This document shows, in pieces, positions 18,306 through 27,210 of a stretch of DNA of 39,276 nt. Position numbers and translations under genes: made by a program. The notes under the pieces were generated by a model. It was not told the DNA's origin, ran no database searches, and saw only the letters and a list, made by a program, of their open reading frames with translations. Numbering within the stretch: the first letter of the stretch is position 1; every line of letters begins with the position of its first letter. The stretch lies in the sequence record SRR31156797_10951. The stretch is one strand, 5' to 3'.

Positions 18306-18797
18306 ATGAGCCGTAGAATGAAAAATGCTTTACGTTATGTGAAAGCAGCTCCGTGGCCATATATGACCGGAGTAATGTCATTACTGTTGGCCATTGGACT
18401 TAAGTGGACTGGAATTGTTCACTGGATGACTGGTGATTTCCCTCAGGCTGCTGTTTTTGGCTGGTGGGGAGTCTGCTGGTTGGTGGTGGCTCTATTCGCT
18501 TTGGCCGATGGGGTTTCCCGTCATCGGGAATATAAACGAATCAAGGGAATGTTGCTTAAATACGGTTTTAGTGAACGTATACTAGAACCTTTGGCGCGTT
18601 CGCGATGTCAGCGGGATGCCGCTCTTCATGCCGCTCGAGAGTCTGGACATCACGAACGGGCTCGTGAATATTTTCGTCAGCTTGGCTATCGTTGGTATCA
18701 TATTCTTCCAGACACAGTTGTTCGCAATCCGTTTTCTTTTATCAGCCCGACTTTTCTCCGTACTTCCTTCATGCCCGGCAAAAAAGCCCGGGTATAA
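18306..18797 (+). CDS. Hypothetical membrane protein (2 TM)
   Basis: GAGG SD, two hydrophobic segments, and a basic C-terminal part with SRCQRDA and GYRWYHILPD. Confidence 0.75.
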   Translation: MSRRMKNALRYVKAAPWPYMTGVMSLLLAIGLKWTGIVHWMTGDFPQAAVFGWWGVCWLVVALFALADGVSRHREYKRIKGMLLKYGFSERILEPLARSRCQRDAALHAARESGHHERAREYFRQLGYRWYHILPDTVVRNPFSFISPTFLRTSFMPGKKARV

Positions 18798-18824
18798 CTG
18801 TCATCATTTTCATCGAGATTTATC

Positions 18825-19154
18825 ATGGGATATTTTTGGTTGGCTATTGCCATTGTTTCTGAAGTGACCGCAACTTTATTTCTTCCAGCGTGTAAAGGAT
18901 TCACTCGGGTATGGCCGAGCCTTGCCTGCGCCACGAGTTACGGATTGTCCTTTTATTTTTTAAGCTTAGTACTTAATTCAGTTCCTGTTGGTGTTACATA
19001 CGCGATTTGGTCTGGTGTCGGCATTGTTCTTGTCGGTATTCTTGGAGCATATTTTTACAAGCAAATTCCTGATGTCCCAGCAATGATTGGTATGGGGCTG
19101 ATTATTGCAGGTGTAGCAGTTATGAATTTGTTTTCGAAGACCATAAGTCATTAG
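18825..19154 (+). CDS. SMR family small multidrug efflux transporter (EmrE/QacE-like)
   Basis: 109 aa, 4 TM, WLAIAIVSEV (conserved Glu) and YAIWSGVG. Confidence 0.92.
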   Translation: MGYFWLAIAIVSEVTATLFLPACKGFTRVWPSLACATSYGLSFYFLSLVLNSVPVGVTYAIWSGVGIVLVGILGAYFYKQIPDVPAMIGMGLIIAGVAVMNLFSKTISH

Positions 19155-19172
19155 GTGAAAGAACAGGCAATG

Positions 19173-19205
19173 AAAAAGCCCGGACCATAATTGGTCCGGG
19201 CTTTT
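19173..19205. terminator. Bidirectional intrinsic terminator
   Basis: AAAAGCCCGGACCA-taat-TGGTCCGGGCTTTT between convergent genes. Confidence 0.88.
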
Positions 19206-19227
19206 ACGTGTGGTATGATCTGTCGAA

Positions 19228-19485
19228 TTACAGCATGTCGTGCTGATATTGTTCGCCGCCCATAAGCTCTACCATGTCACGCAGAATTTTTAATGTTTCC
19301 TGCGCCTCCTTGGGATCAAGCTTACGCAGAGCGAACCCGGCGTGAATGATGATATAATCACCAATGGTCACTTTCTCGTCCATCAACATGATTGAAGCCT
19401 GGACCGTGGTGTTGCCTTCACCGACTTTGCAGGTGGCAACACCTTCAGATATTTCAAGAATTTCGGCTGGTATCGCGAGGCACAT
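19228..19485 (-). CDS. hypC: Hydrogenase maturation chaperone HypC
   Basis: N-terminus MCLAIP and GDYIIIHAGFA. GGAG SD. Confidence 0.95.
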   Translation of the reverse strand: MCLAIPAEILEISEGVATCKVGEGNTTVQASIMLMDEKVTIGDYIIIHAGFALRKLDPKEAQETLKILRDMVELMGGEQYQHDML

Positions 19486-20008
19486 AGATTTTCTCCGTTG
19501 CAGGGTTCGCCATAGAGCGGGACGAGTATGTCCCACCGGCTTTTTCTACTTCTTTCAGAACCGCATCGACCACTTCCGGGAGCTTGGTTTCAAGCTCAGG
19601 GGACAATGCAGCAGACATGTCCTTGAAGTTAAACGGTTCAATGCCGTAAAGGATGACGTCATCCGGTGTTTTCCCTATGATACTGCAATTTGCCAACGTG
19701 TCGAGCAAGTCAGTCTGATGCATGGAGTTTTTGAAAGCACAGGCCTTGTTCAAATCTTCGCCAAGTAGGCGGAAGACATCACCGGGCTTGCCGTCATTCA
19801 GGACGATGTCAACGATGATCAGATAGTCTGAATCCATGATCGGACCCATGAGTCGCAGTCCCAAGGTGCCACCGTCCATAACAGTAACATTTGGGGAAAA
19901 CTCATACTTCTGCTCAAGTTCCTCAGCAATCCGAACGCCGAAACCTTCATCCGTGTACAGGACATTCCCGACGCCCAGAATGAGAATTTGTTTGTCATTT
20001 TTAGGCAT
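19454..20008 (-). CDS. Hydrogenase maturation endopeptidase (HyaD/HybD family)
   Basis: Motifs ILILGVGNVLYTDEGFGV, DGGTLG and SMHQ. The start is 20008 or 20017. Overlaps hypC by 32 nt. Confidence 0.92.
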   Translation of the reverse strand: MPKNDKQILILGVGNVLYTDEGFGVRIAEELEQKYEFSPNVTVMDGGTLGLRLMGPIMDSDYLIIVDIVLNDGKPGDVFRLLGEDLNKACAFKNSMHQTDLLDTLANCSIIGKTPDDVILYGIEPFNFKDMSAALSPELETKLPEVVDAVLKEVEKAGGTYSSRSMANPATEKIYVPRDTSRNS

Positions 20009-20087
20009 GTTTTTCATTTAGTCGACCACACCGATTTTGGCAACACCTAATATGCTTCGACATGGAAAGTCCGATGAATTTTATCGC

Positions 20088-20122
20088 AAAAAAAACAGGT
20101 TCCAGTTTTGTACCGGAACCTG
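20088..20122 (-). terminator. Intrinsic terminator after the methyltransferase gene
   Basis: Minus strand CAGGTTCCGGT-acaaa-ACTGGAACCTG followed by T8. Confidence 0.82.
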
Positions 20123-20145
20123 CTGAGTGGGAATAGTCAGTTTAT

Positions 20146-21243
20146 TTAGCGAGGAGTGGCGTAGTAAAATGTTTTTACAACAGATCCAGGGGAGGATTGC
20201 GAACTTTCAACGTCCACGATACGACCACCTGCCAATTCAACGACTCGTGTGACTGTTTCAATAGGAATGGCGTGACTTTCACTTCTTGGCCTTTTTGTAG
20301 AAGAGGTTTCAGTTTGATCCGTGGGCTCTTTTGTCTGTTGAGGTGTTACTTCCACAGAAAGAGTAATTAAGTCCTTGATCGAATCAGTGAGTGGGGTGTT
20401 GAAGTAGTTTGTCGGCGTTAGCACGAGTTCATAGGAACCGGGGATCGGTGGCGATGCTGCTTTATATTCAAATTCAAGAGATTGTCCTGGTTCAATAAGC
20501 GCAGGCGGGACATTGGTATAGCCGTGCATTTGTATCATTTCACCAGTGTTTTTGTTCGCCCAGTGATGCCAGATTCTTGCAGGAGCATTTGTCGTTTTAT
20601 TTGTCCCGATGGGGTGGGTGCCTGTATTGGTCACGCGAACCGGAACAGATGCCAGACTCATGTGCTCCATGGTAATTTTGTTAATACTGCTATCGAGTGA
20701 ACAATCGATGCCTTCAGCCGGATAGGCATGCGTGGCTGCAGCGCTAGGGCAGTGGAAACAGGCAAGACCTCCGGGGCGTAGGATGCGGATAAATTCGGCA
20801 ATGTATCGAAGTGCGACCTGAGGATGTATGTGTTGTAAAACATGTTCAGTGTATACAAGGTCATAGCTTTTATCGGGAAAAACTCGCAGGTCGTCAGTTT
20901 CGTTGAGCCGATATACGCAATGTTTGCCATGTTTGTTGAGTTGCTTGGCCTGTTTGATCATGGAAGGGGCAATATCGACCCCCACGCAGCAGTCGAAGTG
21001 CGCGCATAGAGCCTGTGTCAATCTTCCAACACCACAGCCGAAATCAAGGGCCGTCATGCGGCGTTGAGGGAATCCATTGGCGTCCATCCAGTCGGAAAGA
21101 TGGGTTATAGGTTGGATGCCTGTTTTGAAAAAATCTTTTTCATCCCACTGGTTATGCTTTTTTTCTGGTGTGGAATAAATGGCCCACATGGCGTCTTCTT
21201 CGCCGAAAGTATTCCAGTTTTCTTGTAGTTCTTTGAGATACAC
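20146..21243 (-). CDS. Class I SAM-dependent methyltransferase with an Ig-like insertion
   Basis: Motif I ALDFGCGVGR, then GVDIAPSM, VLQH and RILRPGG. Beta-rich segment VRVTNTG...PGQS...PGSYEL. GTG start with TAAGGAG SD. Confidence 0.88.
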   Translation of the reverse strand: MYLKELQENWNTFGEEDAMWAIYSTPEKKHNQWDEKDFFKTGIQPITHLSDWMDANGFPQRRMTALDFGCGVGRLTQALCAHFDCCVGVDIAPSMIKQAKQLNKHGKHCVYRLNETDDLRVFPDKSYDLVYTEHVLQHIHPQVALRYIAEFIRILRPGGLACFHCPSAAATHAYPAEGIDCSLDSSINKITMEHMSLASVPVRVTNTGTHPIGTNKTTNAPARIWHHWANKNTGEMIQMHGYTNVPPALIEPGQSLEFEYKAASPPIPGSYELVLTPTNYFNTPLTDSIKDLITLSVEVTPQQTKEPTDQTETSSTKRPRSESHAIPIETVTRVVELAGGRIVDVESSQSSPGSVVKTFYYATPR

Positions 21244-21296
21244 GCCTGTGTCTCCTTATGGTTCCCGTAGGATGATAATGTGTTTCGGTAAAAAAA

Positions 21297-21312
21297 TGCA
21301 CGTACCATGCCA
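21297..21312 (-). promoter_or_regulatory. Putative sigma54 (-24/-12) promoter
   Basis: Minus strand TGGCATG-GTAC-GTGCA, with GG and GC 10 nt apart, 53 nt upstream of the methyltransferase start. Confidence 0.65.
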
Positions 21313-21332
21313 ATGGTTTGGTTGGCGGAGAC

Positions 21333-21366
21333 AAAAAAACCGCCCGATCTGTTGACCGGACGGTTT
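21333..21366 (-). terminator. Intrinsic terminator of icd
   Basis: Minus strand AAACCGTCCGGTC-aaca-GATCGGGCGGTTT followed by a T-run. Confidence 0.82.
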
Positions 21367-21388
21367 GATTTTTGTGAAAGGAAGACTG

Positions 21389-22531
21389 TTAGAGATTCTT
21401 CAGAAGTATGTCCCCGAATTCCTGACAGCCGACTTGAGTGGCACCGCTGATTTGAGCTGCGAGGTCCACCGTGACTTTTTTGTCGGTCAAGGCAGTTTCC
21501 ACGGCTTGGTGAATGAGTGCAGCCGCTTCATGCCAACCGATGTGTTCAAGCATCATGGCACCGGACAAGATAAGTGAACCGGGGTTGGCCATGTCTTTGC
21601 CCGCAATGGTCGGGGCCGTGCCGTGCGTGGGCTCGAAGAAAGCTAGATTGTCGCCCATATTGACGCCGGGAGCGAGGCCGAGACCTCCAACCTGTGCAGC
21701 GAGTGCATCAGAAATGTAATCGCCGTTGAGGTTGGTGGTTGCGAGAACCGAATACTGTTCGGGGTACATGAGCGCATTTTGGAACATGGCGTCGGCAATG
21801 CGATCTTTGAGGATGACGCCGGAACCTTCTTCGCCTTCGCGTATGACTTTGCCTGCATACTCTTCGTCAGCCAATTCATATCCCCAAGCACGGAAGCCGC
21901 CTTCGGTATATTTCATAATATTGCCTTTGTGGACGAGAGTGACAGACGGCTTGCCCTCGGCAATAGCATAATCAAGAGCCTTTTTAACAAGACGTTTGGA
22001 ACCGGCAGGGGTGATGGGCTTGATGCCTATGCCAGCAGAAGGATCGATTTTGGCACCGAATTCGTCCACCAGAAACTCGATTAATTTCTTGGCTTCCGGT
22101 GTGGCAGACTGGTATTCAATACCGGCGTAGACATCCTCGGTGTTTTCGCGGAAAACAACCATGTCAACAAGGTCGGGCCGTTTGACTGGGGATTCAATCC
22201 CTTTGAAATATTTGATGGGCCGGATGCAGGCATAGAGGTCGAAGACCTGACGCATGGTTACGTTCAGGCTGCGGAACCCTTCGCCAACAGGAGTGTTGAG
22301 CGGGCCTTTCATGGCGAGGTCGGCCTTGGCGAGCGTGTCCATGGTGGCCTTGGGCAGGTGTTCACCGGTTTCGGCGTAGGCTTTTTCTCCGGCCAGCAGG
22401 AGTTGCCAGTCGAGAGCTTTGTCTGTGCCGTAAGCTTTTTCCACGGCAGCGTCGAGGACCGGACGACCGGCTTTCCATACTTCGGGGCCGATGCCGTCCC
22501 CTTCGATGTAATATACAGTTTTTGTTGCCAA
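21389..22531 (-). CDS. icd: Isocitrate dehydrogenase (homodimeric, NADP-type)
   Basis: Motifs IEGDGIGPEV, KGPLNTPVGEGFRSLNV, RENTED, VHKGNIMK, NLNGDYISD and HGTAP. TTG start with AAGGAGG SD. Confidence 0.95.
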   Translation of the reverse strand: MATKTVYYIEGDGIGPEVWKAGRPVLDAAVEKAYGTDKALDWQLLLAGEKAYAETGEHLPKATMDTLAKADLAMKGPLNTPVGEGFRSLNVTMRQVFDLYACIRPIKYFKGIESPVKRPDLVDMVVFRENTEDVYAGIEYQSATPEAKKLIEFLVDEFGAKIDPSAGIGIKPITPAGSKRLVKKALDYAIAEGKPSVTLVHKGNIMKYTEGGFRAWGYELADEEYAGKVIREGEEGSGVILKDRIADAMFQNALMYPEQYSVLATTNLNGDYISDALAAQVGGLGLAPGVNMGDNLAFFEPTHGTAPTIAGKDMANPGSLILSGAMMLEHIGWHEAAALIHQAVETALTDKKVTVDLAAQISGATQVGCQEFGDILLKNL

Positions 22532-22585
22532 AGGGAGCCTCCTTATTCGAGGGCGTAGCGGGGTGAGCGCGAAATGCGGAAACGG

Positions 22586-22614
22586 ACTATGACGTTTATT
22601 CGGTGAGATTGCAA
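22586..22614 (-). promoter_or_regulatory. Putative sigma70 promoter of icd
   Basis: Minus strand TTGCAA-17 nt-CATAGT. Confidence 0.5.
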
Positions 22615-22691
22615 GTCGAGTCCTTAGCCTTCAGATGCTGTTAGTGTGCAAAATTTCCAATAAATCAAATTGTTACAAGTGGGTATAGGAT

Positions 22692-23441
22692 ATGGTGCAG
22701 GCAAGTATGGAAATGGTGAAAGCATTACTTGATGGAAGCAAGAATGTGGTCGCACTGACCGGAGCGGGAGTTTCGGCAGAGAGTGGAGTGCCTACATTCC
22801 GAGGCCGTGATGGATTATGGAAGAATCACAGGCCGGAAGATCTGGCAAGGGCTGACGCCTTTTTCCAGCATCCTGAACTGGTGTGGGAATTTTACAATTG
22901 GCGGCGAGAATTAGTGAGTGAGTGTGTGCCTAATTCGGCACATTTGGCCCTTGCGGAAATGGAACGACAGGTGCCGAATTTTCTTCTGATTACGCAAAAT
23001 GTCGATGGATTGCATGCAAAAGCCGGAAGCCGAAAGCTTATGGAGATGCATGGGAGTTTGTGGCAGGTCAAATGCACGATGTGCACCCATGTTCATGAAG
23101 ATAGATCGACGTTGCCGGAATTGCCTGAATGTCCCGTGTGCGGCCATTTGCTGAGGCCTGGTGTGGTCTGGTTTGGCGAACCGCTCGTGCCGGGAGTGTT
23201 GAAAGTTGCCATTGATCAAATCAGTAAAGCAGATGTTTTTTTGTCTATTGGAACATCAAATTTGGTGCAGCCAGCAGCATCTTTTTATCAGTTGGCCAAG
23301 GACCACGGCGCTGTGACAGTGGAGATCAATTTGGAGCCGACGCCGAATACCGGGCTGATGGATTTCGCTTTGCATGGAGAGGCGGGCAAAATACTCCCTG
23401 AGTTGGTGGTCGGAATGCAGGATCGTGGTTTGCACGATTAA
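22692..23441 (+). CDS. cobB: NAD-dependent protein deacylase (sirtuin)
   Basis: Motifs GAGVSAESGVPTFRG, YNWRR, TQNVDGLH, HGS, Zn ligands CTMC/CPVC, RPGVVWFGE and GTS. Exact start uncertain. Confidence 0.93.
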   Translation: MVQASMEMVKALLDGSKNVVALTGAGVSAESGVPTFRGRDGLWKNHRPEDLARADAFFQHPELVWEFYNWRRELVSECVPNSAHLALAEMERQVPNFLLITQNVDGLHAKAGSRKLMEMHGSLWQVKCTMCTHVHEDRSTLPELPECPVCGHLLRPGVVWFGEPLVPGVLKVAIDQISKADVFLSIGTSNLVQPAASFYQLAKDHGAVTVEINLEPTPNTGLMDFALHGEAGKILPELVVGMQDRGLHD

Positions 23442-24727
23442 TCATAGAAGATGACCCTGTTGCGGCCTTCATGTTTAGCCTCGTACAGACTTTTGTCCGC
23501 TCTTCGGAGGAGTTCTTCCATACTGATTGTGTGTGACCCCGTTCCGGCAACACCAATGCTGACGGTGTAAAAAATATCACCTTTGTCGGTCTTTACTTTA
23601 GATGCGGCGATACGCCTGCGCAATCGTTCAGCCACAATAATGGCGCCACCAAGGTCGGAGTCAGGCAACAGGATGGCAAATTCTTCTCCGCCAAGACGGG
23701 TGAATAGGTCCTTGTCTCGGAGGATTCTACGACAGTCATGGGCAAAGGTTTGCAATACGGCATCGCCTGCATCATGACCATATGTGTCGTTGACCTTTTT
23801 GAAATGATCAAGGTCAATCATGAGCAGGGCATTTCCTGCCGTTTTTCTGTTTTCATTTTCCATGATGTCTTCGGCCAGCCGAAAAAATTCACTTCTGGAA
23901 AGTGCACCTGTCAGATCATCCGTTGTTGCCAATTGAATCAGACGTGCTTCTTCGGCTTTTTGTTTTGAGATATCATCAATGACCCAGAGAACGCCTTTGT
24001 TGAGGTCTATGGGATTTTCTGTGTCCACAGCTTGTCCTGAAAGCGAGCACCATATAGCTGTATTGTCCTTTCTGCGTAGGCGATATTCAATATGAATTTG
24101 TGCCCCCTCGGCCAATGAGGAAAAGTGTATGTCTCCAAATTCATGATAATTTTTTTCAGAAAGATGAAGTTCACGGACATCGAGTCCGCGCATGTCATCG
24201 GGTGAATCATAGCCGAACATTTCAGCCATGGTTTGATTGACCCGTCGTACATATCGTCCTCCCTTGAGGAACATGAGGCCGACTTTGGTGTTCGCGAAAA
24301 TGATTTCCATTTCGTGCAAGGCTATCTGGAGATCTGCGTGGGTTGTTTTTCGAAAGGTGATGTCATGAAGGCTTGCCACACGATACCGTTTGTTTTTGAA
24401 AAAGACTGTTCTGCCACGGCCTTCAGCCGGAAAAGTCGTACCATCTTTTCGCTTGCCATAGACCATGTATGGTTCAGTGACGTTGTTGTGTACGTTTTTG
24501 GCTACAATAGCGTGATATTCTTTATCCAGACAGTCCAGAAGGTGTATTCCCGGCACCTCTTCTGGGGAATACCCGAGAACTGTGGCAACTTCTTTGTTTC
24601 CCGCAACGCAGCGCAGGGAATCGTCAAAAACGCCGATGGCTTCAAATGCATTGTCCGCTAGCATTCGTTGTAATTCGAGCTGTTCTTCGAGTTTTTCTAT
24701 ACGCGCCAGGGCTTTTTGCAAATCCAT
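23438..24727 (-). CDS. Cytoplasmic PAS-PAS-GGDEF diguanylate cyclase
   Basis: Two PAS domains, DLDHFKKVNDTYGH, I-site RDKD and GGEEF. Confidence 0.92.
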   Translation of the reverse strand: MDLQKALARIEKLEEQLELQRMLADNAFEAIGVFDDSLRCVAGNKEVATVLGYSPEEVPGIHLLDCLDKEYHAIVAKNVHNNVTEPYMVYGKRKDGTTFPAEGRGRTVFFKNKRYRVASLHDITFRKTTHADLQIALHEMEIIFANTKVGLMFLKGGRYVRRVNQTMAEMFGYDSPDDMRGLDVRELHLSEKNYHEFGDIHFSSLAEGAQIHIEYRLRRKDNTAIWCSLSGQAVDTENPIDLNKGVLWVIDDISKQKAEEARLIQLATTDDLTGALSRSEFFRLAEDIMENENRKTAGNALLMIDLDHFKKVNDTYGHDAGDAVLQTFAHDCRRILRDKDLFTRLGGEEFAILLPDSDLGGAIIVAERLRRRIAASKVKTDKGDIFYTVSIGVAGTGSHTISMEELLRRADKSLYEAKHEGRNRVIFYD

Positions 24728-25017
24728 TATTGTCCTTTTGCTGTGCGGTCCATGGGAAAGGTTTATGGCTTATCTTATGAGGGGGAACCAAGTGCGTCAA
24801 CCCGGGTAGATTTTTGTGTGGATACCTTTTGAATTATGGCGGTGTGGTAATCGAAATCTTTATTTGAGATATGGAAAGTCGAGAGTTTGTCGACACGCAA
24901 AATGCTCAGTGTAAAGAAAGTCTTTTTCTTCAAATTTCATTAGATTGAAATCCGGTTAATTTTAGTATTGGCGGGCTTTCCTTGACTTCTTCCTCTCAAT
25001 CATCGTAGCTGTTTTGT

Positions 25018-25089
25018 ATGAATACACCCATCTCATATACATACTTTTGTGAACGCGGGTGGCGTAACGTCAAGCGGCCTGATTCTTAG
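25018..25089 (+). CDS. Putative attenuator leader peptide MNTPISYTYFCERGWRNVKRPDS
   Basis: Short ORF with Tyr, Tyr, Phe and Trp codons, lying between a TTGACT promoter (24982) and a terminator upstream of trpB2. Confidence 0.65.
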   Translation: MNTPISYTYFCERGWRNVKRPDS

Positions 25090-25162
25090 GCGCGTGCTGA
25101 AGCCTTTCCGTCATCCCGCAGGGGTGGCGGCTTGCTTGTGCACGCAGTTTGAGAATCGGATG

Positions 25163-25195
25163 AAGCCGCTGGATATGACGCCAGTGGTTTTTTTT
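25163..25195 (+). terminator. Attenuator terminator in the trpB2 leader
   Basis: AAGCCGCTGG-atatgacg-CCAGTGGTTT followed by T5. Its 5' arm can pair instead with GGCGGCTT (25126-25133). Confidence 0.78.
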
Positions 25196-25277
25196 ATGAA
25201 TCGATTGTCATCGAAATGATGCCGGAAAGCCCGCGCATCCTCGATACAGCTCTCAAAACTGTTCGGAGGAACTTTAA

Positions 25278-26621
25278 ATGTTGAAAAAGATCTTTTTACC
25301 TCAGGATCAGATGCCGACTCAATGGTATAACCCCATGCCGGATCTGCCCACCCCCATGGCTCCACCGCTTAATCCGGAAACCATGGAACCCCTCACACCC
25401 GATATGTTGGCTCCGATTTTTCCGGATTCGCTTATTGCTCAGGAGATGAGCACAGATCGTTTTATCGACATTCCAGAAGAAGTTTTGGACGTGTACAAGT
25501 TATGGCGTCCCTCGCCGTTGGTACGGGCTGACAGGCTCGAAAAGGCCATCGGTGCCAAGTGTAAAATTTACTACAAAGATGAGTCCGGTTCACCGGCAGG
25601 TTCTCATAAGCCCAACACCGCTGTTCCCCAAGCATATTACAATAAGTTGGAGGGTGTTGAACGCCTTGCCACCGAAACCGGCGCAGGACAATGGGGTACG
25701 GCCCTGTCTTTTGCTTGCTCGCAGTACGACATGGAATGCGTGGTTTATATGGTCAAGGTGAGCTACGAAATGAAGCCGTACCGTAAAATGCTCATCAATA
25801 CCTATGGCGGTACGATCTTTGCGTCACCTTCGGAAGAGACCCGTACAGGTCGCGAGATGCTGGCAAAGGACCCGGATTGTAAGGGCAGTCTCGGTCTGGC
25901 TATTTCCGAGGCCGTTGAAGATGCGGCCACTCACGACAATACCAAGTACGCGCTTGGTTCCGTGCTTAACCACGTTCTCATTCATCAGACGATCACCGGT
26001 CTGGAAGTCAAAAAGCAGCTTGAAATGATCGACGAAAAGGTGACGCATCTCGTTGGTTGTGTGGGTGGCGGGTCCAACTTCGGTGGATTGGTGCTTCCGT
26101 TCCTGCCCGAAAAGTTGGCTGGTGATCCGGTCAAGTTCATTCCGGTAGAACCCAAGGCGTGTCCGACTCTGACTCGTGGCGAATATCGCTATGATTTCGG
26201 CGATATGGCGCGACTGACTCCACTTGTTAAAATGCATACGCTTGGGCACGACTTCATGCCTGCCCCCATCCATGCTGGCGGCCTGCGGTATCATGGCGAC
26301 GCTCCCATTGTTTGTAATATCGTGGAAGAAGGGTTGACTGAACCTGTCGCTTATTTCCAGACCGAATGTTTTGAAGCGGCTAAGCTCTTTTTGGAGACTG
26401 AAGGTTTCTTGCCCGCCCCAGAGACTTCTCACGCGATCAAGGGAGCCATCGAAGTGGCCAAGACAGCTGGTCCTGATGATGTCGTGGTCTTTTTGTATTC
26501 CGGTCACGGCATGCTTGATCTGGCATCATATGATGCCTTCAATCAGGGATTGCTCACCAATTTCGAATTGCCACAGCGGGATATCGAAGAAGCACTCAAG
26601 GCCTGCCCGAAAATTGATTAG
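25278..26621 (+). CDS. trpB2: TrpB2 (type II tryptophan synthase beta / indole salvage)
   Basis: Motifs [18 protein letters not shown] (PLP Lys), [16 protein letters not shown] and [10 protein letters not shown]. No adjacent trpA. Confidence 0.94.
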   Translation: MLKKIFLPQDQMPTQWYNPMPDLPTPMAPPLNPETMEPLTPDMLAPIFPDSLIAQEMSTDRFIDIPEEVLDVYKLWRPSPLVRADRLEKAIGAKCKIYYKDESGSPAGSHKPNTAVPQAYYNKLEGVERLATETGAGQWGTALSFACSQYDMECVVYMVKVSYEMKPYRKMLINTYGGTIFASPSEETRTGREMLAKDPDCKGSLGLAISEAVEDAATHDNTKYALGSVLNHVLIHQTITGLEVKKQLEMIDEKVTHLVGCVGGGSNFGGLVLPFLPEKLAGDPVKFIPVEPKACPTLTRGEYRYDFGDMARLTPLVKMHTLGHDFMPAPIHAGGLRYHGDAPIVCNIVEEGLTEPVAYFQTECFEAAKLFLETEGFLPAPETSHAIKGAIEVAKTAGPDDVVVFLYSGHGMLDLASYDAFNQGLLTNFELPQRDIEEALKACPKID

Positions 26622-26640
26622 TTTATACTTTGAGGATACC

Positions 26641-26672
26641 AGCCCCGGAACAGTGATGTGCCGGGGCTTTTT
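26641..26672 (+). terminator. Intrinsic terminator after trpB2
   Basis: AGCCCCGG...CCGGGGCT followed by a T-run. Confidence 0.8.
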
Positions 26673-26742
26673 GCATTGTATCTTGCCACGAAAGCGGTCA
26701 CCTGATAGTTCTTTTTGAGCATTGAATATCAAGGAGAAAATC

Positions 26743-27210
26743 ATGGTCATGAATTGGAAAAGGTATTGTTGTTTCGTTTTTCTGTTGCTCATACTGCTGG
26801 TCGCATTCGGGTGCAGTTCGCACGAGGAAGCTCCGACTATGGATCAGAAAACATTGGAAAGCGAACTGGTCAACAAGGTTTGGAATTTGAAGAATTTGTT
26901 TGCCAGAGATGTGCAAACAGATGAACCTTTGACCCTGAAATTCAATGCTGATGGCACAGTCGAAGGATTCGGTGGCTGTAATTTGTTCAATGGCAAATAC
27001 ACCCTGACTGGCGACAGCCTGTCCTTTGGTCCCATGGCGTCCACACGTAAGGCGTGCGGAGCGGCTTTGGGGGAGCAGGAATATACGTATCTGACGTTTT
27101 TGGCTACGATTACCAAGGTCTCGGTTGAAGACGATGAATTGAAGTTATTCAGTGCTGATCAGACTGAGCCTATGGTTTTCACCACAGGGACCGGTGGGCT
27201 GTTCTGGTAA
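26743..27210 (+). CDS. META-domain (HslJ-like) lipoprotein
   Basis: Lipobox VAFGC, GFGGCN and FGPMASTRKAC. AAGGAG SD. Confidence 0.88.
   Translation: MVMNWKRYCCFVFLLLILLVAFGCSSHEEAPTMDQKTLESELVNKVWNLKNLFARDVQTDEPLTLKFNADGTVEGFGGCNLFNGKYTLTGDSLSFGPMASTRKACGAALGEQEYTYLTFLATITKVSVEDDELKLFSADQTEPMVFTTGTGGLFW

Noticed and set aside
25018-25195. T-box riboswitch or TnaC homolog upstream of trpB2
   Set aside because: No AGGGTGGNACC T-box sequence is present (GGGGTGGCGG is only a partial match). Trp-to-Pro spacing is 6 residues rather than TnaC's 12, and Pro is not terminal.
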